64,000 nucleotides of DNA from Vicugna vicugna (lineage: Eukaryota), in contig MU061538.1 of NCBI GenBank assembly GCA_013265495.1, positions 1,569,339-1,633,338 on the forward strand. The letters run 5' to 3'. Of this stretch, positions 1 through 12,399 are shown in pieces (position 1 is the stretch's first letter; every line of letters begins with the position of its first letter). The notes beneath the pieces are model-generated. The model was not told where the DNA came from, ran no database searches, and worked only from the letters and a program-made list of their open reading frames with translations. The position numbers were made by a program, and so were the translations under genes.

Positions 1-59
1 GCTTGGTGGCTGTGACAGTGACCTTCTGGATTCCCACTGAGGAAACTGCCCAGCTCAGG

Positions 60-1000
60 AGAAATTATAAAAAGGCAACAGCAGCCCTTTCGGACAACAC
101 CATCTAAATGACCTAGTGACCCCTCCCCGGCTGGGGAGGCGGGGTGAGAGGAGGGCTGTCTTGCTAGGATTAGCGTCACCAACAAACAGCGTCCTGTTAA
201 ACGGCGACGTCGTTGCCTGGCGACACGTGCTGCCTGTGTCATCTCTGCCCTCGCTGTCTGGGCCCTGCTGGGGGCTGACTTTTCAGGATGGCAAATCCTA
301 GCCAGTAGGGCTGTTTGGATTCAGACTGTTTTAAATACCAGGCCGCGTTTTCCTAAACACGTAGGCACTGAATCAAGAAATCTTCAGACCCCATGTCAGC
401 ACGCTGACGGGCACAGAGCCCCAGGGTACTTCGGAGAGTCCTCGGAGACCACCCAGCGGGGGCGGGGCAGAGCGCTGGGGGGGGCTTCTCTGTGCCCCCC
501 CCCCCGTCCCGCAGTCACACACTCCGCCCCCGCCCCCGCCCTCACCCTCGCAGGACGCGTGCCTCACACAGAGGCGGCCCAAGACCAGTAGGATCAGACC
601 TGAACACGCTCTGCTCCCACGTGACCCCGTCTCGCTGTGGGAAGTTCCTGCCTTCCAGCGAGCCTTTGGTTGCCATGGTGTCAGACGCCGGCAGAGGAGT
701 GGGCGGGGCCGGCGCAGCCGGGGTGGGGGCTGCCTGCGCGCACGTAAAAAGCCTGGAAACAAGCAGGCTGCAGCCGGCCAGCGCCCCGAGGAGGAGACGC
801 TCGGAGCCCCGGAGGGGGCCACGCGCCCCGGGGAAGGCTGGGGCGCCCAGACACCCGTCTGGAATCGTTCCTGCAGCCCGTCTCCAAGGAGCCTGGCCCT
901 CGCCTGCTGCCGCAGGATAAGCTGAGGGCAGAGCCGCGGAGAAAAGCAAAACCACGGACACAAAGGCAGAAACTGAGAACCACGGCAGGAGAGCGACTGC
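60..1000. promoter_or_regulatory. CpG-rich promoter/enhancer-like region
   Basis: CpG-dense. TATAAAAAG 66-74; X-box-like GTTGCCTGGCGAC 212-224 and GTTGCCATGGTGTC 669-682; CACGTG 224-229 and CACGTGAC 618-625; GC boxes near 460, 525-540 and 701-710. Motif evidence only. Confidence 0.4.
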
Positions 1001-1369
1001 CGCCCAGAGAGAGCCCCCAGGTCAGGGGGAGAAGCCGACCTGGGGCAGCACCTCCTTAGCACTCTGGGGCCCCCCTCAGTGCACCCCCGGGTAGCTAATG
1101 AGCGCAGGCTCCCTCTGGGAGTCCCAGAGATGCCAGGACGTCAGCAGTAGCTGAGAGGTCAGGCTTGAGGCCGGCCCGTCCCGGAGGCCCGTCAACAAAG
1201 ATGCCCCTGAATCTGTCTGAATGTGGTCCTGACTCTCTCAGGGAGTCAAGGAGCTCATGGAATCCTGAAACGCCGGTCAGGGTCAGTTATCTCAGCCCTC
1301 CGACCTCTCCCAGCCTCTGCAACTCTGGCCCTCGCTTCCTTCAGCTGCCGGAGGCCCCACGGGTCTTCT

Positions 1370-1490
1370 TGTAGAATGCAGGTCCCATGACAGCAAAGCC
1401 TCATCTCTGGTCCATCCCGTGTCCCAGGTGCATAAACGGGGCCGGCGTGCATCCGTGGCTGGATGTGCATGAGTCAGACGGCTGGACCAG
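1370..1490 (+). mobile_element. L2 LINE 3' end fragment, GC-shifted
   Basis: tagaatgcaggtcccatgacagc...gtgtcccaggtgc resembles the L2 3' terminus (ctagaatgtaagctccatgagggc...). Confidence 0.4.
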
Positions 1491-4400
1491 CCAGCAGAGC
1501 GAGCACGCGCCCCTCGACCGGTGCTCAGGAGACCAGCCTCATGTGATCCTAGTTTCCACCCTGGAAATAGTCACTCAGGGTGCCCCGAAGCCGTCCCTTC
1601 ACCAGGTCCCATATCTCTAGCATCTGCCTCCTGTCTTCTGACTTTTGTTTGTCAAGCCTTCAGTTTCACCTGGAACCCCTTTCTGCAGATGTTCAAGTTC
1701 TCTGGACCAAGACGGGATGGAGTTTCCTAGTGAGGCTCTGACTCCCGGGAAGCTGAAGGAAGGGGAGTGCTCTCACGAAGACCTCAGTGGCCGCCCTCCC
1801 CTCTCTGCACCTCCAGTGACTGGCCTGTCCCCCCGGTCACCCCTGACCAGTCCCCAGCCTTCCCATCGGGCTGACCCTCCAGCAGCCCCCAGGTCTGCGG
1901 GGTCTCGAGTGTCCCCACCTCGCCTTACCCCAGCCCGAATCCCTGCTCCCGTTTTCTAGGTTGCTGAGCAGGACGGTCAGGATCTAGTCGGGAAAACAAA
2001 CCCCCTCCAGGTTTTAGCAGAAAAGTCAACGTGAACAATTGATGAACACGAGGATTTGACTAAGCAGGACTGGCTGGAGGCAGGAGGGGCCAGCGAGGAG
2101 GAACCGCGGGAAGCAGCTGCCACCCCAGGGAGGAGGCCGGGGCATGGAGAACCAAGGGGCTCTGGAGGGGGAGCCCAGCAGAGGGGCCGAGAGCTCCGAG
2201 CAGGCGGCCCAGCCACCGGTGCTGGGCTGGGCAGACGAGACAGCAGACGCGGGAGGGAGGGAGCTGGCAGTTTCCGGGGGATGCTGGCAGGAGCAGGAAG
2301 CCAACAGGCAGCGCATCCTTCTCCTCCGGCCTGCAGGCTCCCTCCAGACCCCCTGCCCGGGGAGCTGGTCCCTGCAGGACCCGAGGAGACAGACGCTGGC
2401 CGTCCCCTCGCACCCAGGGCCGAATCTGGGGGTGACGCTGTGAGAGAAGCGTTGGTCACTGATACGCAGTGTGTTTGGTCTTTCTCTTCTGAAGCGGGCA
2501 CTGCTGGTGCCCTCGTCCCTTGGGTTCCTCCCTCCACGTTCAGGCCACGCTGCAGTGTGGCCCTGCCAGCCAGCCCCCTTTCCTCAGGCAGCCTTTGGTG
2601 CCCACCGCAAGGGCTTCTCAGCCGGTGCAGGGCGGTGGGCAGGGCCACGTCCCAGCTCCCTCCGCACCAGTGGGTGGTCCTCAGGCTTTCCACTGCTCCT
2701 CTGACATTTCCAGCTGTGCCAGCCCCAGGGCATCCTCCCCATCTCAGAGACCCCGCTCCTTAACTTGTGTTTCCTGAGCGCTCCTTCCAAACCGTCTGCA
2801 CCCAGCCCTTCCTTGGGACCTGCTCTGCGGAGAACCCACATTCCCATGGGCCAGAAGCCCCTCTGCAGGGGCTCAGCCTCCGTCCCCTGTGCGGATCACG
2901 TGAGCTGGGGACCCGTTGTAAGGGTTCCCCACGGTAGCAGGCTTGCTAGACTCGCGTGGAGAAGCTTAAGGTTGGTGGGTTTGGGGAACTTACTGGCTCG
3001 CGTTTATAATTTTGGCCCGTGTAAGGTCATTGTTCTGAGTCTGGTTGCTTCTCTGCTTTTGTGGGCAAGTCACTGTCTCGGTGTCATTTTGGTGAAAAAA
3101 CGTAGCAGCTCAAAGAGAAGGCGGCTGTGACTCATCGCCCGTGACCTGGCTCCGGGTAATCGAGGCACGGATGACAGGACAAGCGAAGAAGCCCTGCAGC
3201 CACCCCTGCCGCCCCCTCCCAGCCTTCCTGCCTCGACGCTCGGCCACCCCCGTCAGCTTCCACCTGCAGATCCCACCGCCGCCTCCCCCCAGAGGCTCCC
3301 TTGTCCACACGACGTGTTTCACTTGCTCCACGGTAACTCTCGATTAAGATCGCAGGCTGACTTCTAAGAGGAAATCAGAGACAGAGGGAAGGGCCTCTGT
3401 CTACCAACACCTGCTCACAGAAATAATAAAGCGGTCAAGCCGCGTGAGCCCAGATTAAATTGGAATCTGAAATGACAACTCCTCGACTTTCTTCCACGGA
3501 AGAATTTAGCGATCCTGCCATTTTCCCTCCACGCAGTGAAAATAATGGTGTGCTTGAAGCAAACGTCTCAGCAGACCACTCCCTCCTTCAGAGTCCGCCC
3601 CTTCCCTGGAGAAATGTTTGCGGCGTCTCAGTGAAGAGGTGTCAGGGTGCAGTGGGCACGAGGATGCGCAGACCGTCGCTGACGAGTGAGTGAACTGGCT
3701 CTGGACGAGGGAGGACAGTGCTCTGTCTCTTCTCCGAGCTCGACAGATGTGTCTGCACTCACAGACTTCAGGTCTGCGCACCGCGTTTGAGGCCGACGGC
3801 CAGTGAGGCCAGCCAGCTGGCAACCAAACCGGATGAAGCCTGAAGAGAGAAAGAAGGCTGCTCTCCCCTGGAGGGGCGCACGGGCGAGCGGGGAGGCTCG
3901 GAGAGCCAGTCTCAGACTCAGGAAGGGACACGCGTTGAGTGTCCCCAGATCAGAACCAGGACCGGAGGTAGAGGTTAGAGGGAGCCGGATTCTGGCTCAC
4001 GTGAGGAAGAGTTTGCAGACGCTGGAGCTAGAGGTGGAATCGTAAGGTCTCAGGCAGATGCTGCCTGGACTGGGCTCTAGACTTCCTGCCGACTAGACCC
4101 CGGAGCACATCCAGCTGAGCCCCCAGCCTTCCCGCCTCTGACCATGTCTCGGTCGGGTGGGCCCACCGTCCATAATCGGACCCTCACCAACCTTACTGGT
4201 TGCCTTCTAGCATCTTACTGCGTCTTAAGGGCTTGGAAAGGGGCTGTGTATTTATTTTTTTAGTAGTTCTCCATTTTCAGAGTAATTTTGTATAATTCAA
4301 AGTTACAGGAGTATTACCATTTTGTATTTCATTTTAACTTTTTTCTGTTTTTCAGTGTCCCATCCAAATCTTGCGCTGGCGACCGTAACTGACAGACCTA

Positions 4401-6189
4401 CTGGCTTTCCAGAGCTTAGGGCGTATTGAGAGTTAGACTTTCCTAATCCGCCTGTAACGGAGTCTTACGTAAGATGGTTACACACGCTAAACTTGCTTAG
4501 AATTTAAATACATTTCGAGTTCATGAATGAGCCCTTGCCAAGTAGAATTTGGAAAGGGTCCGGGATGGTGGCCTTGCAGAATGTTTCCTCAGATGTCTGC
4601 ATCGCTCCCCCTTGGTGAAGGAATCTGGGGAGGGAACTGAAGCTTTAAGCACATCAGCCTGTGTCTCAGGCCGCCACTAGGACAAGGCAGGCTAGTTCCT
4701 AGGATTAGAGTTTGGAAAAAGAAGAGTTAGGTGTTGTGCAGGGTAATTTGTTGAGTTCTTATGTGGACTGGTTTGCTCGTTTGCCTTTAAATAGTTGACC
4801 TTCGTCTCCTACTTAGAGCAGAAGGCACAAGGAAAATGGAGAACCTTGGCTAATCAGTTGCTCGGGTTGGTCTTCTGTTCATGGAACCTCCATTCTATAA
4901 ACAAGACATTCATCTCTATTTTCGGACCAAGGAAATTGCGATCTGTGTGTATTGAAATAGATGGACAGACCACGACAGCAATTCCTGGTTATGTTTTCAT
5001 ACAGACTGCCCATTAGTTTTGTAGTATTGGCTACTGTCTGACCAGAATACACTGTAAACACCGGTCTGCCATTTTTCCTCGTTCCTCTTTGATCTCTTCT
5101 TCCTGCGGTAATGACCTTCTGCCCCACGGCCTTCCATTCTGGGAAAGGTCTGGTATCAGTCACTGATACACACATAGCGAGCATAAATCATTATGTTCCC
5201 CATTTTGGGGGATTTGTGTATTATGCCTTTGAGCAAAAAAGGAGGAGGATTTGTTTTAGGAAGCAAGGATGAACATGGATGTCCCTGAAATCTCACTGTC
5301 TTTTTGCAAATCTGTTTAACTGCCCGTGAAGGTCCGCCCCCCAACCCCCCGCATCGCAGTAATTCTCCGTTTCCTGCTGGCTGAGAATCCAGCTCCCAAC
5401 TGCAAGGTCACTGTTTGAAGTTGAGTTTCATCTCTGCTTTGATGAATGGGTGTATTTGAGTGTACAGAACGTCCTGTCCCACCACTAAAGACAAAGCATG
5501 GAGACTGCGTTTCCAAGGGCTGTTGAGCAGAGGCCCTACCAACAAAGACACTGCGTTTGCTCTAATTGTGGCTATTTTAATGCATATTGGTGGTTCAGAT
5601 CTATAAGGGCTTCATGAGATAATGCAATTGTGCTAAAAAAACTTTCCAGCTTTATAAATTGGAGAAATTAATCAAATTGAAATAGTCTTGAGAGAGCTCT
5701 CGGTGGGATTTCATCCAAGTGGTCAGCAAGATTTTGGCCTTTCAGATGGCAGATTGCCCGGACCCTTTCCTAGCTCCGGTCAGTGGAGGGAAGCTGGGTC
5801 GAGCTGCCTCAGTGCCTTAGTTAGGAAACAGCTCGTACTTGTAATAATATCAATAATGCTCATTTGAATAAGTTCAAGATTAAAGGGCAGCTGTGTTGAC
5901 ATTAAATCATCTTTTGATAATAGATCTGACTTTTAGAAACAGCTGGGAGTTGTACACCACTGAAAAGAAAATATCTTTTTCTTACCGATCTGGTAGAAGA
6001 AGATGGAAACTCATTGTCTCACTGCACTTCTCTGATTGCTCATCAGGTTTAAAGTTTTTTCAGACCTTTATTTGACCATGTGTTTCTTTTGACGCTGAAT
6101 GACTCATAATGTCCTTAAAAAGGAGGCTCAAACGTTTGTCATACGTGTTTCATTTATTTTAGCAGTTTTGTTTTTTCTTTTTCCAAAAT

Positions 6190-6830
6190 AAAAATATCTT
6201 TATTGTTTTCATGAACCATAAAAATTACACATGTTCATTATGGGGGAAAAAAAAGAAAAGAAGTGAAAAGGAAGAGAATCAAATGTAGAAGAAGAAGAGA
6301 AATCACCCAAAAGTGCATCACCAGAGAGAACTGCCAACAACATGTTGGCAAATATGCTTCCAGTCATTTAACTTGAATTAGGACTGTATACAAAGGCATT
6401 ACTGTATGTATTTGGTTACATAGCCTTTTATTTACTCAAGTATACATCGCGGATCTTTTGGTCAGTAACAGCACGTTTAGACACAGATCATCATTTTCAG
6501 TTACTACCTGTCATTTCAGTCTGAATATGTTCTCAGTCACTAACGTCTTTTTATTGTTGGACTTCTAAGTTGTTTCCAATTTGGGGGCTATGTTATAAAC
6601 ACTAATTGGAAAACTTTGACCATGCATTTGGGGACACACTTTTCTGGTGATCTCCCTCAGACAGACTCTCAGAAGTGGAATTGCTAGGCTAACTTTACAG
6701 TCTGACACATTTTACAAAACAGTCTTCTCAAAAGATGGCATCAAGTAGCTCTCTCATCCATAATATGTGACGGTATCTTTGGCCCCACTCTTTCTTCAAG
6801 CCCCAACTTTTCATCTTTTAATTCTCTTTG
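6190..6830 (-). mobile_element. Ancient L1 (L1ME-like) 3' region
   Basis: gttgtttccaatttgggggctatgttataaac and agaagtggaattgctagg match antisense old L1 3' sequence. Confidence 0.7.
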
Positions 6831-6852
6831 AAAGTGAAGAAACCAGCGTGAA

Positions 6853-7230
6853 TCTATCGTCTTAGCTCCTGGGGATCGGAAGTCCTAGAACCCAGGTGTT
6901 GGCGGGGCTGCGTCCCTTCCGGAGGCGCTGGGCGCTGTCCGGGCTCCAGAGGCCGTCTGCGTTCCGTGGCCCGTGGGCTCTTCCCCCATCTTCAAAGCCA
7001 GCAGCGCAGCATCTTTAAACCTCTCTCTCTCTCTCTCACGTCTCCTTCCATCATCACATCTCCTTTCTCTCCGATACTCTTGCCTCCCTCTTATAAAGAC
7101 CCTGTGATTCCGCTGGGCCCACCCAGATCATCTAGGACAATCTTCTCTCAAGACGGTCAGTCACATCTGCAGCGTCCCTTCTGCCACGTGAGGTAACACA
7201 TTCGCGTGCTTTGGGGCTTGGGGTGTCCGG
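6853..7230 (-). mobile_element. MaLR LTR (MLT1-type), partial
   Basis: ccatcttcaaagccagca, cctcttataaagaccctgtgatt, gggcccacccagatcatc and gaggtaacacattc are MLT1 hallmarks. Confidence 0.85.
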
Positions 7231-8064
7231 TGGTGCTGTGTTCGGGGCTGGGCAGCACTGCACTCTCTCTCACATCAGGCAAGGCCACCATTATGCCCGC
7301 TCGGTCTTTGATCTACCCTGTCTGTTTTCACAAACTGATGATTCCAGATGAAACTTTTTTTTCAAGGTCAACAATAACATCAAAGTGTGTACATGATGAG
7401 GATTCGACTGACCTGCACACACTTAAAATTAAATGTGTTGTTACTGTTTTTACCTCGGGGGCGAAGATTGAGTTAATCACATCCTTCGATTCATGGCATT
7501 ATTATTATCAGTGGCTCTTGCAGGACCCATCTCTTGTTTTATTTATTCCTGTATTCATCTCCTTCTGCCCCTATTCACCATTCTCTGGAAAAACAACTAT
7601 TCTAATGTGTACCTTTTTCTTTACATGTGTCCCTTTAAAAGTGCATTGTTTCTTTGTGTGTGTTCTAAATGTATAAATTGTTGCCACAGGTCTTACTCAG
7701 TTTCTTATTCATTTCACGTAGAATTATATTCTAAGATCATTTTGTTGCTATCTGTCTGTCATTCTAAGGTGCTACAAAACTCTCTGTATCACGCATTCAT
7801 CACACACATCAGTGAAGGGCAACCAGACGGTTTGTTTTATTTTGTATTTTTGCTACTGGAAATTGGATCTCTTGCCTATTCTATTTTTAAATTTGTTCCT
7901 TTTGTCTTATGTATAAGTTCTCATTTTTGTATACTTATTTTATATCTAGCAACCTCACATATCTCATTCATCAGTTCTAGTAGGCCTTTAGCTGATAATT
8001 TTGAGTGTTTAGAAAATATTTGGCTCATTTATAAGTAATAATAAGGGTGGATTTCTTGCCTTCT

Positions 8065-8492
8065 GTGCTCGTTTGTTAGTACAGAACAAATAATCACAGA
8101 CTGAGTGGCTCAAACAGCAGAAATGTACCATCTCACACTTGTGGAGGCGGGAGGTCCAAGGTTGAGATGTCAGCAGGGCTAGGTCCTGCTGAGGGCTGCG
8201 AGGGGGCAGCTGCTCCAGGCTGCTCTCCCAGCTCCTGGTGCCTTGCTGGCCACCTTGTACACATGCTTCTTGGCTTGCAGAAGCAGCAGCCCAGTCTCTG
8301 TCTTCATTTTTACGTGGCATCCTGCATCCAAAATTACCTTTTAAAAGGGGCGTCGGTCATACTGGATTAGAGTCCACCCTAATGACCTCATACTAACTTG
8401 ATCATCTGCAAAGACCCCTTTTTCCAAAAGATTATATTCTGTAGTGTGAGGGTTAGGAACATATGAGTTTTGTGATGACACAATTCAATCCA
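8065..8492 (-). mobile_element. MaLR solo LTR (MLT1B/C-like)
   Basis: cacagactgagtggctcaaacagcagaaatg...ggattagagtccaccctaatgacctcat...gacacaattcaatcca. Confidence 0.9.
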
Positions 8493-9162
8493 TTTATCTT
8501 CCAATATTTATAGCTTTTATTCATTTTCTTATTGTATTGCTTTGTCTTGAACTTTAACATAATTGTTAATAATAGTTATTACAGCAGCATATCTATATTA
8601 CATAATAGTGTTATTTTGTATTACTTATTATTATGTACAGCATTTTTGTATTATTATTATTAATATGGCTGTCTCACTGTAGGTTATGGTATCAGGTACT
8701 GCTTTCAGAGAGATGTTTCACATTTCAGAGATACACAGCCCTAGTTTTTAAAGAGGGTTTTCTTTTTATTTTAATTGGGAATGGATATTTTTAATCAATG
8801 CATTTTCAACATCTACTGAGTATATGATTCATATTTTTGAAATATATGTGTGTTGAATTATATTAACATTTAACCTAAAATAGAACCAATATTGCATTAT
8901 AAGAATAAACTGTAACTTGGGTTTTGTGTATTACTCTTTTGATATAGTGCTATATTAATGCTTACTAACATTTTCCTTGAGATTTTTGCATCTACTTTGA
9001 CAAGCAAAGTTGGTTTATAGGATTTAATGTGAGCTCTTCTTTGCACTTAATTTTTGAGCATTTACAATATGCTGAGAAATGCACTAAGTAATATTGACTG
9101 TACCGTGTTAGTTAATCCTCAGATTCTCTCTCCTTTTATGGACTCAATAAAAGGCTATGTCA

Positions 9163-9388
9163 CAGTCGTCCTTTGGTATCTGCAGGGGGTTGGTTCAGGA
9201 CCCATGCTGGGCAGATACGGACATCTGTGGTTACTCAAGTAGACCCTCCATATCAGAGGTTCTGCACCCGCAGTTTCCACAGATTCCACAGATCCACAGA
9301 TTGCATGGTACTATCTGTATTTATTTTTTGAAATCCACATATAAGATGAACAGTGTAGTTCAAACCCGTGTTGCTCAAGGATCAACTG
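9163..9388. mobile_element. TcMar-Tigger MITE (MER2/MER8/Tigger2-like)
   Basis: Imperfect terminal inverted repeats CAGTCGTCCTTTG ... CAAGGATCAACTG followed by TA; internal caaacccgtgttg. Confidence 0.85.
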
Positions 9389-9419
9389 TATTTGCTCCAG
9401 GATATAGCTGATGAGTGCA

Positions 9420-9630
9420 ATTCCCCTTTTTTCTTGTTTGAATTTATCTGTATTTCTTTCTCTTTCTTTCTTCTTTCCTTTCTCCCTCCTTCCTTCCACC
9501 CATTCCTCTCTCTTGCTCCCTTTCTCTTTCTTTTTTCTTTCTTTTTTCACTTCTTTCCCTCATCATGCCCTCCGTCCTTGCTTTATTTCTTTATACTTTA
9601 ACCTTTCCCCCCTCCCTCCTCTTTTCTCTT
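9420..9630. repeat. CT-rich low-complexity polypyrimidine tract
   Basis: Predominantly C/T over about 200 nt. Confidence 0.9.
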
Positions 9631-10879
9631 TGTGTCTGTATGTTGTGATCTTAGAACACAACCTGTCTACACCCTTCTGCCATCTGAGATTTTATTTATG
9701 GTGTAACACTTGATGCGTTTTAGCCAGTTTTCCGTGAACATTTCAAAAAGTTGTATTTTCTCTAGGGTGTTAATTTCTATGATAACTTATTCTGAATTTC
9801 TTTATTAATTGCATCTCTTTCTTTAAAATTTGCTTCATCCTCAAAGACAGGCAGAAATACTGAAAATAGGGTTCCCGACTACATGTTGTTTCTGTCAGCG
9901 TCTCTTGAATTGCTAACATTAATTCATCTATTTAAAGACAATCTTTAAATTCAGTGCTGAAAAGCTCATTACAATTATGTACCTTTGTTGTGAATGGTAC
10001 CCATTATAACATAAAATTATTGTCTTTGTCTTTTTAATATTTTCTCTTTGAAGTCTGCAGTGCATGATAATTCTTTGGTCTCTTCTATACACACGTACAC
10101 AATTAATCTTTTGAATCCTTTCTGTCACTTCATTTTATGTGCTTGTAAATAGCATATTTGGGTTTATAACTCAATCTAGGAGCTGTTATTTAACTGAAAG
10201 GTGAGAGTTATTTATGTGGGACTGGTCCCTGCACGCTGGCCTCCTAGAAAAGGAGCCGGCTTCCTGCAGCTTGCAGCCCCGGGCTTGGATCCCAGCCCTG
10301 CCACAGCAGGGAGGGACCAGCGCGCCTGCAACCGCACAGCTGCACTGTCAGGAGGAGAGCCAAGCTCCGGCTTCTCCAGGTCACTGTGCTGTAGCTTCCT
10401 GTTTCTGATGGCACCAGGGAGGGGCCAGGAGTTCCAAACCACGCAGCTTCTGAGCCCAAGTCTGAGGGTCAGAACCCCTCCCTTGGCGACTTCTGCCTGC
10501 TGCCGGCTGTGCATCTGCGTTTACAGCTTTCTCGGAAGATGCAGCCCCTTCCCCAGACCTGAGTGCCAGCTGCCTGGTCATTTACCTCTGTCTCCCCGAC
10601 AATTACCTGCTTATTATTTTATCTGTTGATTTCAGACGCACAACCTACTGTTCCATGGACTCTGTCACTCTGGCTACATGGACCCCTTGACAATCTCCTC
10701 TATCAGGAGCATGATCCCAAATCAAAAGACAATGGGGAGTGAAGGCAGCTGAGGACCCAAAGCAGCACGTGCATCACTGTACCACGTCCCAGAGGTTCAA
10801 AAGGACAGAAAGAAGTCCACATTCCTCAGACCCGGAACAGAACTGTCTGTGGCTTAGCCCTCCCTTCCTTTCCAATCCC

Positions 10880-11095
10880 ACCCACCCCGTGCTCCCCGAC
10901 CCAGTTATACTGGGCTGCTTTGGATTTTACATTCTCTGCCTGTGTTCCTCCCCTTGGCATTTGCATGAGCTGTTCTCTGACTGCAAAATTCCTGCCCCAG
11001 ATTTTAGCACCAAAGCCTCCTCTTATATCGTTCAGATCTCCCCCTACAGCCATCTGCAGTGGTGCCTCCCAGCTACACCATCCAGTCACACGCCG
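10880..11095 (+). mobile_element. L2 3' region, split by the L1 at 11103 and resuming at about 11860-11975
   Basis: ggcatttgcatgagctgttctctgactgcaaaattcctgccccaga resembles L2a gcctttgcacttgctgttccctctgcctggaatgc. Confidence 0.6.
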
Positions 11096-11102
11096 CCTAA
11101 AG

Positions 11103-11858
11103 GGGAGCCCTCCTGCATTGTTGGGGGTGCAAACTGGTGCAGCCACTATAGGAAACGAATGGGACTTCCTTGGAAAACTGAAAATAAGGTTGCCATGTGA
11201 TCCAGCAATCCCACCCCTGGGCATATATCCAGAGGGAACTCTAATTCGAAAAGACACATGCACCCCAATGTTCATAGCAGCACTATTTACAGTAGTCAAG
11301 ACATGGAAACAACCTAAGTGTTTGTCAACAGATGACTGGATAAAGAAGTTGTGGTATATGCGTACAGTGGAATACTACTCAGCCATAAACAGAATGAAAC
11401 AATGCCATTTGCAGCAACGTGGATGGACCTACCATCCATGGTAGGCACCTAGAGATGATCGTACTGAGTGAAGGAAATCAGACAGAGAAAGACATATATC
11501 ACATGATATCACTTATATTGGAATCTAAGGGAAAAAATGATACAAATGAACTAATTTACAAATCATAAATAGACTCACAGATGTAGAAAATAAACTGTGG
11601 TTACCAAAAGGGAAAGGAGTGGCCGGGAGGGATAAACTGGGAGTTTGGGATTAACAAATAGACACACTACTATACATAAAATATATAAACAACAAGGACC
11701 TGCTGCGGAGCACAGGGAACTGTGTTCAGTACCTTGTAACAGCCTACAATGGAAAAGTCTGAAAAGGAGTGCGCACGTGTAGCCGAGTCACTGTGCTGCA
11801 CACCTGAAACGAGCACGGCCTTGTCAGTCACCTGTACCTCAATACAAAAATAAAAAAA
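11103..11858 (+). mobile_element. L1 5'-truncated copy (ORF2 C-terminus, 3' UTR, A tail)
   Basis: Translates to LPCDPAIPPLGIYP...TCTPMFIAALFT...WKQPKC...WIKKLWY...EYYSAI (L1 ORF2p C-terminus); A-rich tail. Confidence 0.97.
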
Positions 11859-12399
11859 GTCGCCCCTCGTCTGTCACCTGACTTCAGTTCTCTGGAGACT
11901 TACTTGAATTTTTCTCGTTCTGTCATTCGCTCACGCCCCATCTGGCTCCGACTAGGATGAAAGGGAGCACGTGCACTGTCCTCAGACTGGCCAGCCCCAC
12001 TGCGGTCCCCAGAGGCTCATTCCAGGCTCACCCCTCCCCTGCGCTGTGTTTCCCATGACGGCACAGCTCGGCCACTCTGGGCGCACGCCCACCGGCGTAG
12101 AGAGAACGGAGCACGTTCTGGGGCTGTCACCTCCTCGGCCAGGACTTGGCACCTGTCCTTCCCACTCCTGTTTCTGTTGCCAGAACGCTTCAGCCCTGTG
12201 AGGGGTCATGGGAAGGATTCAGGGAGCGTGACCACCTTCCTGCCGGCTCCCCTCTCTGAGGCTGGTACCCGTCACTGTGCTTGGCACAGATTAGATGGTC
12301 AATTAAAAGATGCTGATGGCAGAAGTCTCTCTTTCAAGAAGCCCACGATCCACTGAGAAACTCAGGGGGCCCGTGAGCGAGTGGAAGAGGTTCCTAATA

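Larger units (their letters stand above)
7540..10195 (-). mobile_element. Ancient L1M ORF2/3' remnant, interrupted by MLT1, a Tigger MITE and a CT-rich tract
   Basis: T-rich antisense L1 phrases (tcatcagttctagtagg, aatgcattttcaacatctactgag, gagatttttgcatctac) continue across the insertions. Confidence 0.7.

Noticed and set aside
9311..9713. Phe/Leu/Ser-rich membrane-like and Lys/Glu-rich ORFs
   Set aside because: Translations of the CT-rich low-complexity tract.
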